From the NCBI GenBank assembly GCA_964234715.1, contig OZ174284.1: DNA of 64,000 nucleotides. The stretch is one strand, 5' to 3'. Of this stretch, positions 1 to 13,574 are shown one piece after another. This DNA comes from Podarcis melisellensis (lineage: Eukaryota). Made by a program: the position numbers and the translations under genes. A model generated the notes under the pieces. That model saw only the letters and a program-made list of their open reading frames with translations, had not been told where the DNA came from and searched no databases. The first letter of the stretch is position 1. Each line of letters begins with the position of its first letter.

Positions 1-1639
1 GGGACATGTGCATAAAAAGCAAGTGTTAGTGGATAAAATTATGCATTATATTATGGGAAATTGTGTTGTGAAAAATGTGTTTAGGCAAAATTGCATACGA
101 AAACGTGCATATTAGCAGTTCATATGTTAATGCTGATGCATATTAATGAGGACTTTGGTTGTTGTTGGGTTTAAAAAAAAATATATACAAACTGATGTGA
201 AAATGTGGAGAAGTGAGACATGAGAAACTGAGAGAAACCAAAATTCACAGATTTGCCCATCGCTAGTAGTAAATGCTGGATTTCACTAATGCCAGAGGAA
301 GATTGAATGAGGTGGGAAAGAAAGAAAAGTGATTGCAGGGGAAGAAAAACATGAGCTACGCCAGAAAAGGGAGATGTTTTGGAAAGATGAATAAGTCATG
401 AGCTGAGGGCAAACAGAGTGAGTCTCATGGCCCAACTACAGTGGGGGTGTTGAATACAGAGCAGATGACTAAGAGCTGATGACAAAAATAATTTAACGTG
501 GATTAGTTGCCCTTTAACAAATATTAATCACCCCCTTATGCAATTATTATTCCTCACACTTTGGAAGAGTTTTTAAGGCCTTAAGACAGCCTTTGACGGC
601 ATGGTGCCCTCCAGGTGTTTTGATCTACAACAGCTTCAGTCAGCATAGTTGTGCAATGCTAGGGGTGGATGGGAGCTGTCGTTCAAAACATTTGGGGGAC
701 AGCAGGTTGGCAAAGGCTGGATAAAGGTATGGCGATGGATTCTACCAACAGCTGGAGAGCCTCAATGGACCAGCCTATGACATAGAGAAGGGGTGAGCAC
801 CTCAAATCACTCTGAGCCATTTCTTCAGGTTTTAACCTATTCAAGAAGGCCTCGTTGTTATGGTAACCACAAACAAAGTTATTTAAAATAAAGGCCTATG
901 CAGAAAGCCAAAGCCTATCTAGCTGTACTCACAGGTGTTCAAAGCAATGGTGGATTTTCCTGCCAATATCAAAATACCTGCATGTTTGCTCTTTGATGTA
1001 ATTATATATTAGACTTTGTATCATTCTTATCTAAGTTGTTGAAATCTACCCTTTTGTTGACCATGGCTTGGCTTGCCTGTCATGTTAAGCCAAACCATCG
1101 CTTTGCACAAACCTCTGAGCTCTAGGAGAGGAGGTGGCGACTGCTTTGCTCCTCCTTGTTCAATCTGCTGATGTGCTATGCCATGGGTTGTCAGATCCTT
1201 TGAATCTGGGCTCATGGTTCAGCCGTCTCTAGACTATCCACAAGTTGTAACCACGGTTTGTCCTATGGTTCACAGCTTGTGGCTTGTTCAGCAGAGATAA
1301 ACTACAAACTTGGATTCAGACAACTTGCCAAGCCAAACCCTGGCTTAGCTGAGCACAGCAGAATGACTGGGAACCTGAACAATCCTGGATTAATGTGTGG
1401 TTTGGCTTAGCCTGACACACAAACCAAGACTGAGTGTGTCTCATGCTTTTGGCAGACCTGACATTAACCTTCTCCTGCTTATGTACAGGTGGAATTAGTT
1501 AACATTTAACATCCCTAACCCTCTAGTGATACTCACAAGCAGGATGGTTAGATGGTTACAGAGCTGTCAGGAGAGCCATCACAACCTTAAGAACGTTTTG
1601 CCCTTCGTTTTCTGCTCTGTTCCATTTATTCCCTTCCAG

Positions 1640-2013
1640 AAAGTGCTCCTGAGGAATTCTACAAGCGGTTTCCTGTGGTGGACATGCCGCCATCAGCCAC
1701 GCTATCCTTCCCTCCCTTGACGCTACACCAGAAAGACGTTTCTCCCTTTCAGGATGGCTGTGCTCTGATTGGCTTGGCAACACCAGGACAGAAGGCCAAA
1801 GTGATGAAAGCCAGTGCCCACACACTGGCAGGCAGCCCGGCCTTCAAACCAGGGTGGGATCCCAACCACCCCGACTTTCGACGGCAGGCTTACACCACCA
1901 AGCGCCAGTTCAGCATCGAGAAGCTCCCCGAGGTCTTCAGCCAGACGCCCACCCACTATGCCCAGCAGCAGCGGCCCTTCTCCACCAACAGCAAGACGGA
2001 AGTCACTGTCTAG
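1640..2013 (+). CDS. SHISA8: SHISA8 (Shisa family AMPA-receptor auxiliary protein), last coding exon
   Basis: Polypyrimidine tract and acceptor ccttccag end at 1639. The frame reads ..SAPEEFYKRFPVVDMPP...KRQFSIEKLPEVFSQ...FSTNSKTEVTV*. TNSKTEVTV is the SHISA6-9 PDZ-binding tail. Convergent position next to SREBF2 matches SHISA8 synteny. Upstream exons are outside the window. Confidence 0.88.
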
Positions 2014-5000
2014 AGCAGACCTCCTCCTCAATCTCCCCTCCCTTTGAAATATTCAAGCAGCCTGTGAGGTGTGGCCTGCCTTGTCAAGCTGGAGCACCTA
2101 GTGTTGACTTGGCAGAGCAACCCCCTCCTCTCGGCTGGCACTGCTAGGTTCTGTGAGAGAGCAAGGGAATTAGGAAGGAAGCTTGGCCACTGGTGCTGAG
2201 GGATCGTCTGCGGCTCCTAACAGAACTTGCCCATTTGCTGTGGCCCTCTGTTTTCTGCATCCTGACAGAACTCGGCCAGCATGCGTGGTGAAACCGGCAT
2301 GCATGTCGCTCCACAATTCGATGCACGACTCATGTTTGTAGCTCACGTCTTCATCACATCGCACATCCCAGAATGGTCAGCATCCACTGGAAACCTGAGG
2401 ACTCCACTACCGTTCTGCATGGAGATGCATCAAAGGGAAAGTGGGGAGCGGGGTAAATAAAATATATCATTCTTTTCCCCTCTCCAAGAAAGGCCAAGTC
2501 AAAGGACAAGACAAACTGCTGCAATAATTAACCAGAACATTGTGTTTGAACATTTGCCCAATATAACATTCCTCTTCTGCCTTTCCCGGTGGTTAAACAA
2601 ATGCAAAAAATAAAAATAAATGGGAATACAACAATGAAAGCAGTAATAAACTGTTCCAAAAGGGAACTGCCAAGGGCTGGAAGAAATTTTTACACAGTTC
2701 CCTTTGTTCTTCGCTTGATTCTTGTCCTTCTCTATCAAACCTTTTGGTTTAAGGCCATTTGTTAATATTTCTTGTCGCATATAAATCCTATATACTGCTG
2801 ACATGTTTTTTTGCCTGCCACTTGTCAGAGAGTCACTATCGTGGATCCTTAACAGGGGGTTGAAAAAGAGGAGGGGGCATTGCTTTCTAGGGGATATTTC
2901 CCACCAAACTCTGAGAAAGGGTAGTGCTGCCTGTCATGAAGGTACAGGAAGAACCGTGCTGTGAAGAGTGTGGAAGAGTGTGATTATGTGTCAGGGGAGA
3001 GTGTGAGTTGTGCACCCATGGAGCCTTGTAGAAATTTCAGCCATAGGTTGGAAAATCAGCTTTCTTATTTAAGGTTTGATCTAGCAAACCAAAAAGGAAC
3101 CAGTGTGACTGGAGTTGGTGGTTCACCACAATAGCAGGAGATGGCTTTCATTTCACAACACTGAGTAGGAAATATGTGTGTAGACTCATGAAATAAGCCA
3201 GACTTTCTGATTTGTTGTGGTTTACAGTCAGCAAGCAGCATGTTGTCCTTCTCTATCAAACCACTGTTTGCTGTGCCACCATTTCTCTCTCCCTCTTTGC
3301 TCCTCTCCACCGCAAGGGGAACAAACAAGCCAGGAAACCTTGGCTTCCTATTACACCCAAACTAGGGATTGTGATGTGTTGCTCCCTAGTAAGTCATAGC
3401 CAGCAAGCCAACAACAAATCATCTGGCAATCATGTCTTGTTAAGGAGCTTGTGTTCCAAATTCAGTCATACTGTTAGAAACTGGGTGACAAGGGCCTGAT
3501 GGTCAGGCTTCAAATATTGGTGTAAGTTCGGTGTTTTTAAATTGGGCACAGGGTTACTCCTTCATTTATCTCAGGATGAGTACTTAAACTGTTGGTCCAA
3601 GCTCATTGCCCCAAAAAGCTGCTTCAATTGGTTTGTCTTCAGACCTTCTTTTACATATGGGTTATGACACTGCCCTAAAATCAGTAAAACAAAGACTGGG
3701 ATTTTGCCTTCTGTGATCTGTGGGCCCCCTCATTTTCATCCTGCTCACCAAGTGCTGTGAGTATACAGTATGTCAGGTCATTTTACACAGTTGAATATTT
3801 AAAGAATTTGCCAGTCACCAATAATGGTAGACTTTTTACTAAGGCCAGACTTAATGTGTTTCCCTCTGAAATGTTCCGAGGTAGATTTGCTGGTGTCCCT
3901 TATTTCACATGATTATGTCCTTATACTAACCAGGAAGAATGCCTGAAGCACATTATCCTGTCCTGTAGAATATATAAGCAGGTCCAACAACATTTGATTA
4001 ATCCACTAATGGCAAATCTACCCGGAAAACCTGCCAATTCTATGCCAAGTTCCTACAAGACATTAAAATTCCCAGTGTGACTTTGGCCATTGTCAAATTT
4101 ATTTCTGAGGTGGTCAGGATCAGAGATAAATTTGTGTTAGACAAAAGTCTGAAAAAAGCATAGTCTTAATGATTTGTCCAAGTAGTTTGTGTACTTTTTA
4201 ATGTATTTTATATGCACTGAATTTTGTCTATTGGGTCTTTTGGGCAGCAATAAAGAATTGATCGATGGATTGAACAAGCCACAATTCCTGATTCAAAGAA
4301 ATTGGGAAGCCAAATCTTCCTGGCTTGTCTACCCCAACTCACACAAAGGGAAAAGCAAAGTGGGAGAGACTGGAGAGTGTGCACCAGCTTATTGCTCATT
4401 CATTAATAAACTACAATAAGTCTGACTTGTTGTTATGTGCAAATGCAGCTTATGATGCTTTGATACAACAAAGACTGGACACAACATGTTCCTCTGCTTG
4501 GTGTGACTGGAATTGGAGTAAACCTCTGGTGCATCTTCTCTCACAATGGACCGAAATCTCCTTTTTTTTGGTACAAACCTAGCCCTAGCTGTTTACCGTT
4601 CCCAAGCTGGCGTCCTCCAGCTGTTTTGGATGACAACCCACAGCCAGCAAAGGGAGATGTTGCCCAGGACATCTGGAGGGTGCAAGGTTGGGGAAGGCTA
4701 GCATATACAAATGCTGACTTTTCATATGGTGCTACCACAGAAGCAACCAGGAAGGTGCTTACTTCAGAGGCAAACTGGGGGAAGCACCAGGTTGTGAATT
4801 TGAACTGGGCCACTGCTTGTTCTCTGTTCTGCACAGCCTGATGCCGTTCCTGATGCTCCCATAACAAACAGGCTCCGCTGTTGCTAGGCTTCTCGCTTCA
4901 AGCCTCGCAGCAGGAGATTGCCCAACACAGAAATTTATCATCACGCATCCCCACTCTTGTTTCCAAACAAAACACAACCTTACAAGTGCATAGATAATGG

Positions 5001-5277
5001 CGCAGGAATTAACAAAGCCAGGTTCACACAGCGTGTGGCTTTGTTGGGGGAATGAATGGATCACATCCAGGAAATCAGCGAGTTCTCTCTCGGGAGTGCA
5101 TGGCAGCAAAGCCCTGGGGAACCTTTTGTCAAATAATTTAACCTGCAGAAGTGGTGGCAGTGGCTGGATCGCAGAGCAAACTCTTTACCTAATCTGAAGG
5201 ATTGTGGGTGGTGCAATTATGGGGCAAGAGAGGAGGTGGGACCAGCATTCATCTGCAGAGACAGCTGCAGTATTTTA

Positions 5278-5524
5278 GAGGATAGGACCTGAGCCAATGG
5301 ATTCAAATGGCAAGAAAGGAGTTTCTGACTAAACATCAGGAAGAACTTAAGAGCTGTTCTAAAGTGGAACTGGCTCCCTCAGAAGGTGGTAGACTCTTCT
5401 TCACTGGTTTTTAAAAAGAGGTTGGATGGTCATCTGCCAGGGATCCTTTAGCTGTGATTCCTGCAGTGCAAGGGTTGGATTAAATGACCCCTGGGACTCT
5501 TTCCAACTCTACAGTTCTATGATT
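5278..5524 (+). mobile_element. CR1 LINE 3' fragment (older)
   Basis: Similar to the 3' end of the 34.3-35.3 kb copy; ends ttccaactctacagttctatgatt. Confidence 0.8.
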
Positions 5525-7628
5525 TCCCTCTGGACCTTTCACAGGAGATTGTATCCAGTCAAGTAATTGCACGTGTTGCTTCTTTCCACTGCCACCAGGT
5601 GAAATATATATATATTTTTTACCCTGGTTGTCTCTCACCAAACAGCCTAAAATGCCCTCAAGGACACTTCAAAGCATTGTGGAACTAGACTGAAGCATGA
5701 AGTGGTGAAAAGAATTGAGAATACAAAGCGTTATGAATTTAGATTAACAGTTTACTAAGTTTTTGTTTTTTTAATGTTCGTACTTAGGAAAAAGATTTAA
5801 CATAGGAACAGCATACACAGCTTGCCTCCCACTTGGAGCGGAAGACCAAATAAACAAAGGATTAAATACAAATCTACTTTTCCTATCTTGATATAGGCCC
5901 TAAGATTACAAAATTGTGTGATAGTCATGCATAAGGCCTCCAGGCTGACTATATGTTATTTATTCTTCCATTCTCAGATGCCACCTTGATCTAACTCTCA
6001 AAGCATGTCACTGGCAGATACAGCCTAGAGCTACATTAATTCCTGCCTATCCCAATCCACGAAACCTCAAAAAAGTACTGCACCTTCTTCCCAACAGCAA
6101 AGCACTACATTCTCAATTATTATTTTCCTCCCAATTGTATCTCTGGACAGTTTAGGCTTAACAAATTAACCTCCTAATCCTCAAATGAAGATTTTGTATT
6201 ATTGTACAATACAACAGAGCAGTTCATTTCCTTTACACACCTTAAAAGTCTAACGTCTTTATGTCTTTGCTTTCCTGAATTAGCCTCCTCCCCTCACACG
6301 TCAGTTGTGTCAGGAATTGGCCAGATTTATTTTAGATAGATAGGCACATCTGTTCTATAAAATCTTGCTTTTGTTTCATTTGGGCTTGAGAAATCTGAAG
6401 TGAATTCTAGTACCAGGAAAGCAAATACCACAATAAACTGGTTTGTCTTTAAGATGCTACAAGAACGCTTCATTGTTTTGGACTGCAGCAAACAAAGATG
6501 GCTGCCCTTCTGGAATTATGGTTGGCACCTTTATTGGCTTCCTGCTATAACAACAGTGTTCAGGCATAAATTTATTAGGCTGGGGATTATGCAGGTGAAA
6601 GAGGTGTAGGCCTGACGAGAACATGGAATGCACATACCTAAGGAACCCCAAGTGCATTTGGTCTGTACTTTTTTGTCCTTTGTTAAATAATAAAATTTCC
6701 CAGGAGATCTCATTGTCTGGACATATGTGTGCCTGAGGACCTATGTGTTCATGAAGCCTCCTCTCCTCAGAATTCAACCTCACAGGAATTGGCATTTTCA
6801 TTTTTTGATAGATAGGCACATACATTTTGAAAAACTTCGCTTTTATTCAAATCTGGGCTGTGGAAATTTATATAATAAAACACCAGGTGTCCCAACATGA
6901 ATGGAGCTTGGCAAAATGCCGTTCTTGGCATATACAAAACACGCTGTATTTTGTTCCTCACATTTCAAGCTCTTTTGAGGCTGCTTTCATAGAACTCTCT
7001 TTGAAGGCACATCATAATATGATTCACATCACCCAACAAGAGGTGAAGGACACACAATGACCTACGAATAAATATGCATGCTTTAGCAGATTCCAAAACT
7101 CTTTGTCCACATTATCCTGGCAAGACCTGGCAAGAACAGCACTGTGGGGAAGACCAGTGCAAATGGTGAGGGAATGTCATCTATTGAGGCTTCAATGGGG
7201 ATATTCAGTGACCAAGTGGACAGCCATCCCTGAGACAGTTCAGTGAAAGGCAAACTGTAAGTACAAATATTTAAAAATAAAATAAATATGAGTTGGCAAC
7301 AGGTCACAATCACATTAATTCTTATTTCATCTTGTTTATTGTTAGTCACCATGGATGGCAAACTCTTATGATAGAAAAGGCAAGCTATAAGTTCCAAATA
7401 AATAACATTATTTGCCACTAAATCACATGTGCTTCTACCTATCCAGTTTCGCAACTGAATGCCTTAGCTTTTCACCTATAGCATAGATTGCTACCCACTC
7501 CCATTCACCCATTCTTACCAGGAGTTAAGTTTATTTGAAAATGATTCTGCAATGCAGTCTTCAGACGGAACCAGATGGGTTCCAAAAGAGGGTACCACCC
7601 CAAATCAAGGCACCAGTGAAGCAAAATA

Positions 7629-7868
7629 CAGTGGTACCTCGGGTTACATACGCTTCAGGTTACATACGCTTCAGGTTAGACTCCGTTAACCCAGAAATAT
7701 TACCTCAGGTTAAGAACTTTGCTTTAGGATGAGAACAGAAATCATGCTCTGGCGGCGCGGCGGCAGCAGGAGGCCCCATTAGCTAAAGTGGTGCTTCAGG
7801 TTAAGAACAGTTTCAGGTTGAGAACGGACCTCCGGAATGAATTAAGCACTTAACCTGAGGTACAACTG
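7629..7868. mobile_element. Tc1/Mariner-type MITE, copy 1
   Basis: Terminal inverted repeats CAGTGGTACCTC...GAGGTACAACTG flanked by TA. Confidence 0.85.
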
Positions 7869-8447
7869 TATGTGAAATGCTGCCAGCAGCATCAACTGGA
7901 TGATACTAGGCGTGCTCACCAACTGAGAGGTATCGTTTTGGGGTTCTCCTTTGATAGCCTGGACCATTTGTCAGCTTCTTTGAAAGGCAGGTCTGTTTTG
8001 TGGTGACTTGTAATAAATGGAGCACACACAGCTAGAAGGCATCTTGATCCATTTTAATCACTCTTGCCAGCAAGCTCTTTACAGACTGTTGGGCAAATAG
8101 TTGGGGAGATGGCAGCCAAGGGAAGGGGGGGGGGAGAACGGCTTCAGCCAGTTTAATATTAACTCAAGTTGTCCCTTCCCCGCTTATCGAGTCTTCCTGT
8201 TCAAGATGGAAGTAAAATGTTGCGTCAGCCTAGGGATTGCTCAAGGACATGGGATGTTCTGTGCGAGGAAAACTTGAGGTGTTGTGCCCATCAAGAAAAG
8301 TGATACCTGCTAACCTGCCCCCTGCAAACTGTCTATTGTGTCCTCTCCAGGGATTGCCCAGCAGTGCTTCAGAAACAAAAAAGAGGGGTTGCCTCCACTA
8401 GCTGAGTATAACTGACTGAGTTCTGTTCTGATCTCAGTAGCAGAGTA

Positions 8448-8710
8448 CAGTGGTACCTCTGGTTATGTACTTAATTCGTTCTGGAGGTCTGTTCTTAACC
8501 TGAAAATGTTCTTAACCTGAAGCACCACTTTAGCTAATGGGGCCTCCCACTGCTGCTGTGCCACTGTCACACAATTTCTGTTCTCACCCTGAAGCAAAGT
8601 TCTTAACCCGAGGTACTATTTCTGGGTTAGCAGAGTCTGTAACCTGAAGCGTATGTACGGTAACCTGAAGCATATGTAACCTGAAGTGTATGTAACCCGA
8701 GGTACCACTG
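8448..8710. mobile_element. Tc1/Mariner-type MITE, copy 2 (inverted relative to copy 1)
   Basis: Same TIRs and TA target duplication; the internal sequence is the reverse complement of 7629-7868. Confidence 0.85.
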
Positions 8711-11276
8711 TACATGTTTTTCATGCAGAAGGTTCCATGTTCAATCCCTGGCTTGTCCACGTTGGGAACAATCCCATCAGAAACCCTGCCCAGAAGAGCA
8801 ATCAGGAGCCCGATGAACCTGACTGTCACACCCACACCATGCACTTAAGCAAATGGCATCCCCCATAGAATCCTGGGAGGTGTAGTTTACTCCTCAGAGC
8901 CACCATTCTCTCAGCATCTTTAACAAGCTACAGTTCCCAGGATTCTTTCAGGGAAACGATGCGCTTTAAATGTGGGGTGTGGCTCGCACCACGTAGGTCT
9001 CCAATGACAGTCCCATGAATTTGTCTAAACCCTCTTTAAAACCATCCAAGTTGGCAGACATCACTGGATCTTCTTTCCCTCATGAGATGTACAGATTCGG
9101 GCCCTTGTTCGTAGAATCATAGAATTGTAGAGTCGGAAGTAGATACCCATAGTTTAAGTAGGCATTGTGGGAAGAAGCACCACCTTTGTCTTTCCTGAAT
9201 CTCCCAATATTCAGTGCTTCATTGGATTCTGGCATGATGTTATGAGACGGACCGCCCTACACTTTCCCCACATAATTTTATACACCTCGGCTGGAAGGTT
9301 CACTCACACGCCTCACACAGAGGTTTCCAGTGCCTGGCAGGGGCGGCAGTGTCTGCCTTCTGCTGCTAGGGCAAATGTGCAAAACTTCCTGCCACATTTG
9401 TGAAAAGAGAATTTCTTGGACCCAGCTTACAGAGGAGCTAAGGAAAGTGAAAGCAATTTGGCTTGAGAAAATAGGGGCTTCTTAACAAATTTTCAATCAG
9501 AGTCCTGAAGACATATTGTAGCAAGTTCCTCGTATCTTTTAATCTAGTACCGCCAGGCACTGCCCAGATAAGTCAGATGTACTGACACATCACTCCATTG
9601 GCACAGCTCTGATCTTCATTTCCTTGCTCACCCCCCTACACACACACACGCTTAGCATCAGTAGCAGCAGAGGTTGCCTTAAAGGCAATATCAGTTCCTT
9701 GTTCCACTTTGTTCCTCAGAAGTGCTCCCTTTGTTGCCACTTTCTGAGACTCGGAAGGAGCAAAACGATTCCTGCCTTCACATGAAACACTGGCACCATG
9801 AGAAGAGAAAGCAGGAAGACTGCTACTGCCCAGAGCACAATGGCCTCATTCTAAAATCTTACGTTGGAAATCCCACAGGATTAATCTTTAATAGCTGAAC
9901 CGAAACAGGTCCGCCAAACAGTGTGAGTCTCTGCCAACCTGCCTTTGCTTTTAGGGAGGTGTGTGGAAAGGCAGGAAAAAAAGAGAGGTGGAGAGGCAGG
10001 GCAGTTCAAAGTGTGTTTCACTCCAGAACCTTTTGTGGAGAACACACATATCCTGGGTATGTCTTTGTGTTTTCATTAATCTATCCAAAAGACCATATTG
10101 AGGGAGGAGAAAAATGCATATATATATGGGGAATGGAAGAAAGAGACTACTAGGAGATGGAAGAAAATGAAAAATAGAAACTGCAGCCAGGGTTGTAATC
10201 TGTGCAGAAATGCACGCCTGCACAAAGTAGAGTTCTGTATTCCATACAGGAGGATTTTCAGACTACAAATTAGTGGCACATATTCAAGTTGAGGTGTTAT
10301 GAAAACCCAACCTACCTACCTCCAAGGACTCCAGAATGCTGAAATGAGGGTCAGCGGAGTTGTTAGAATTACGGTACTCTTTTACTAAGTTCCTTCTGCC
10401 CTCTGCTGGACAATAGAAAAATAAAAGGCCAAACAGCCTGTATCTGGTGTTGAGTGCAGAAATTTGGACTCACTTGTTGTTGTTTTTTGTTGTTTTTTTT
10501 GGCTCTTCAGCAATGTTGGGGTGCAACAGGCTCTTATGACAGGGAGCCACCTACCTCCTGGACATGTCGTAGAAGGGCACCAAGAGGAGAAAAGGCTTTT
10601 TCTTAGCTTCCAGGCTATATTCAGCAAGCCCAGGGATAGCCCCAAATTCCACTATCCATGTCAAGAAAACTAGAGCTTGGTCTCAAACACAATAACATTA
10701 ACATAAATATGAGCCAGCAATGAGAAAGCTAAAGTAATAGGAAAGATTTACAGGATTCAAGTCTATCTCGAGATGTGGAACCTGTGGCCTTCAAATATTG
10801 TTAGACTGTGGATTCTCCCTAAAAGAGATATGTTATCGATAATATACACCCTTCCTCATAGTTCTTTCAAACCTGTGGCATATGTATCATCAGTGTAGGT
10901 TTTCTGTTCCAAGTCCTTCAGATTGCTGGGAAGATTGGCAGATTAATCCTAATGTTTAACAGCTTACTCTGATCTGTTCTGCACTCCTCGTGAATTACTC
11001 TAGCTTATGTTTATGGACCTTGTGTGACAGAGGAAACGCTGGTGATTTAACCTTAACAAAACCTAATCAATTCAATTAGGCCACTGAACACTGCAGCATT
11101 CTGACAATCCTATTTAGCCACTACCATTATCCGTTTTTATTATTGTACTGCCACTGGTATGCAAGCACACTTTGTGGGAGAACGTTTTAAACATTTTTCA
11201 TACACCCCCACCCAACAAAACACACTCTTCTTAATGAAGCTTCTTTCAAGTATCAGACGTTGCGTACAATTTGATT

Positions 11277-11282
11277 TTTATT
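11277..11282 (-). terminator. Candidate distal poly(A) signal of SREBF2
   Basis: AATAAA following a U-rich, UGUA-rich block (11400-11540) typical of 3'UTR ends. Another AATAAA lies at 12537..12532. Confidence 0.5.
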
Positions 11283-13568
11283 AGACAAGTCGCGCAATGA
11301 ACCCCAGGAGAGGGTCACAATCAGGACATATACCAGAAACGCTCACCCACTCACATCATTGCCAGCTACGTTTTCTTATAGCAAAGAATCCTTATTCCTA
11401 ATTTCATTGGGATAAATACACTTTTCACATCATATATAAAAGCACAAAAAAGTTACATTATATACACAAAAATAATATAGAGATAGCCTGGGTGACAACA
11501 AACCCATAAATAAATGAGGTGTCTTCTTTTAAAAAAATGGTTGAAGTACATGGAAAGACAGGGCGATTCCCTTGTGGAGGTCCCATCTACGCAAGCATAA
11601 TTCCACAAGCTAGCAGTACCACCCTCAATGCCTCTTCCTGCTGTACAACATGAGGCTTTTACCCTCGACTGCAATGCCCATTCTCAGCCGTAGTAATCCC
11701 TCCTGCTTGACAGTATAAATGGCTTTCACAGCCTCAAATCCATAGAACTGTGAGATGTCCTGCGGTACACAGTGTCAACAGGAGATGACATTCTGATGCA
11801 CATTAACTAATCCGGACACTTCAAAACTTAACTGCACAGAATTATTTGCTATGAGAGCTTCTATATGGGAAAGGTTTCTTTCTAAGCGTCGGGCATGCTA
11901 AATCACTTCGCTGAACACTCACAATTCACACAGGTCCTTGTGTTAATCCCAGATGGATGGCTGCTAACTCCAAGCAGACTGGAACAATCTGTGTGAGTGG
12001 CAGAACAACTGTGGAAGGAAACCAGCAATGGTAGCACCAAACACCCCAGGCATCCTGCTAGAATGTACCTTTTCGTTGAGGTAGTTTGTTACCCTTTCTG
12101 TTTTGTCGCTACCATCGTTGGGAAAACGGCTGTCAGGAAGCACCCTTAAGAGAACAGGATGGTCCTCAGCTTCTAGCCTGCCCATTTAAACAACTGCCCA
12201 TGGATCTGCAGTGCTGAATCCAAGGCACGAGTTTAGACTATGGTTGCTACCCATGTTTGTAGGATAAGCAACCAAGATTATCCATGTGATGTGAGATATG
12301 GAACTAAATGCCCTACACCCCATCCCTACGAACTAGTCCTGGCAAAGCAACTTCCAAAGTTCACTTTCACTGTGTATTTTGATACCTTTCGCAAGTGCAA
12401 CCTTCAAACACATCCACTCATGTATACCAACGGGAAATTTGGAATGTTCATGAAATTACACTACTTATTAGTTCCAATATATTCAGGAAGATTGAGAATT
12501 GGTCTTCAAAATAACCAAAGTTAGCCAAAGCTTTATTGTGGGATCATCTTTTGGTTTACTCTGGAAAGTTTTAAAAATTTGATATCAATGTGATATGCAT
12601 CTCTTATCTGTGCGATTCAGACCACGTTCCTTTAATTATGTAATTGCTTCAGTGTTTGGAAAGCCCCTCCCCCGGGATTTCATGTGTTTTGGGACACACA
12701 GAGCTTCATTTGAATTTAAAATTGTCAGTTAGAGGCTTAAGGTGGAAATTCTTTTCTTTTTTTAATGGAGGGTCTCAGTTCTGCAGCAGTGTTCAGCTGT
12801 TACGCATGGAAGGCACACTAGCTGCAAGAACCACTGTAATGTACAGTTGTGTGGGCCTGCCCAAAGAATTATGTGTCCCCAATTCATTTGTTTGGTGCTT
12901 GTGTGTTTAATTTGGACAGATTTGGAAGATGAAATAAGAGAGGCTAAGCAAGAACAGAGATGGTGCATAGGCAACGGGAGAAGGCAAAAGTGATTTGTGA
13001 GACTCTGAGCTCTATGAAATATAAAATCTCTTTTCTTAGAACCTATTCTTCCAACAAGGAGGCCTAGTTGCAATCACTCCTCTTTCTCCAAGTTCTAGAA
13101 CTACATCTACACTACATATGTAAACCATTTTATAAATATGTTTGACCGTCAAAGCTTCTCCAAAGGAGACAGCTGTTGGTAGTGTGGACCAGTCCTAAGA
13201 CTGTTATCCTAAACATACTCATATAGATGCAGCTACCAAAGAAATCAAACATCAGAAAAAAGGATTCCTAGGGTTGTATCCAACGTAGCGCAAAGTTAAA
13301 GTCACTTAGCGGTAAACTTGTTGCACTGGCAAAACACTTTTGTGCAAAAAAGCACAAATGCATTGCCTAAAATTGCTGCACAACAAGCTTCGGCTAGCAC
13401 AACTGTTGCATTGGATTTCTTTGTGGCCCAAACCTTTAAGCTCTGCTCTCGCACTAGTGGACAGAGAACAATGAATTCAGCCCCTAGTTTGCTTTTTTGG
13501 TTAAGGTAAAACTCAATGCTGACTTTAAGCGTGTGATTCAAAAAATGCACTTAGACTTACAGTTTCTC

Positions 13569-13574
13569 TTTATT
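13569..13574 (-). terminator. Candidate proximal poly(A) signal of SREBF2
   Basis: TTTTGTAAATAAAGAG on the minus strand about 1.05 kb past the stop, with upstream UGUA and a downstream U-rich stretch. Confidence 0.6.

Noticed and set aside
2600-2606. miR-33 7mer-A1 site in the putative SHISA8 3'UTR
   Set aside because: A single weak site in an A-rich run, expected by chance.
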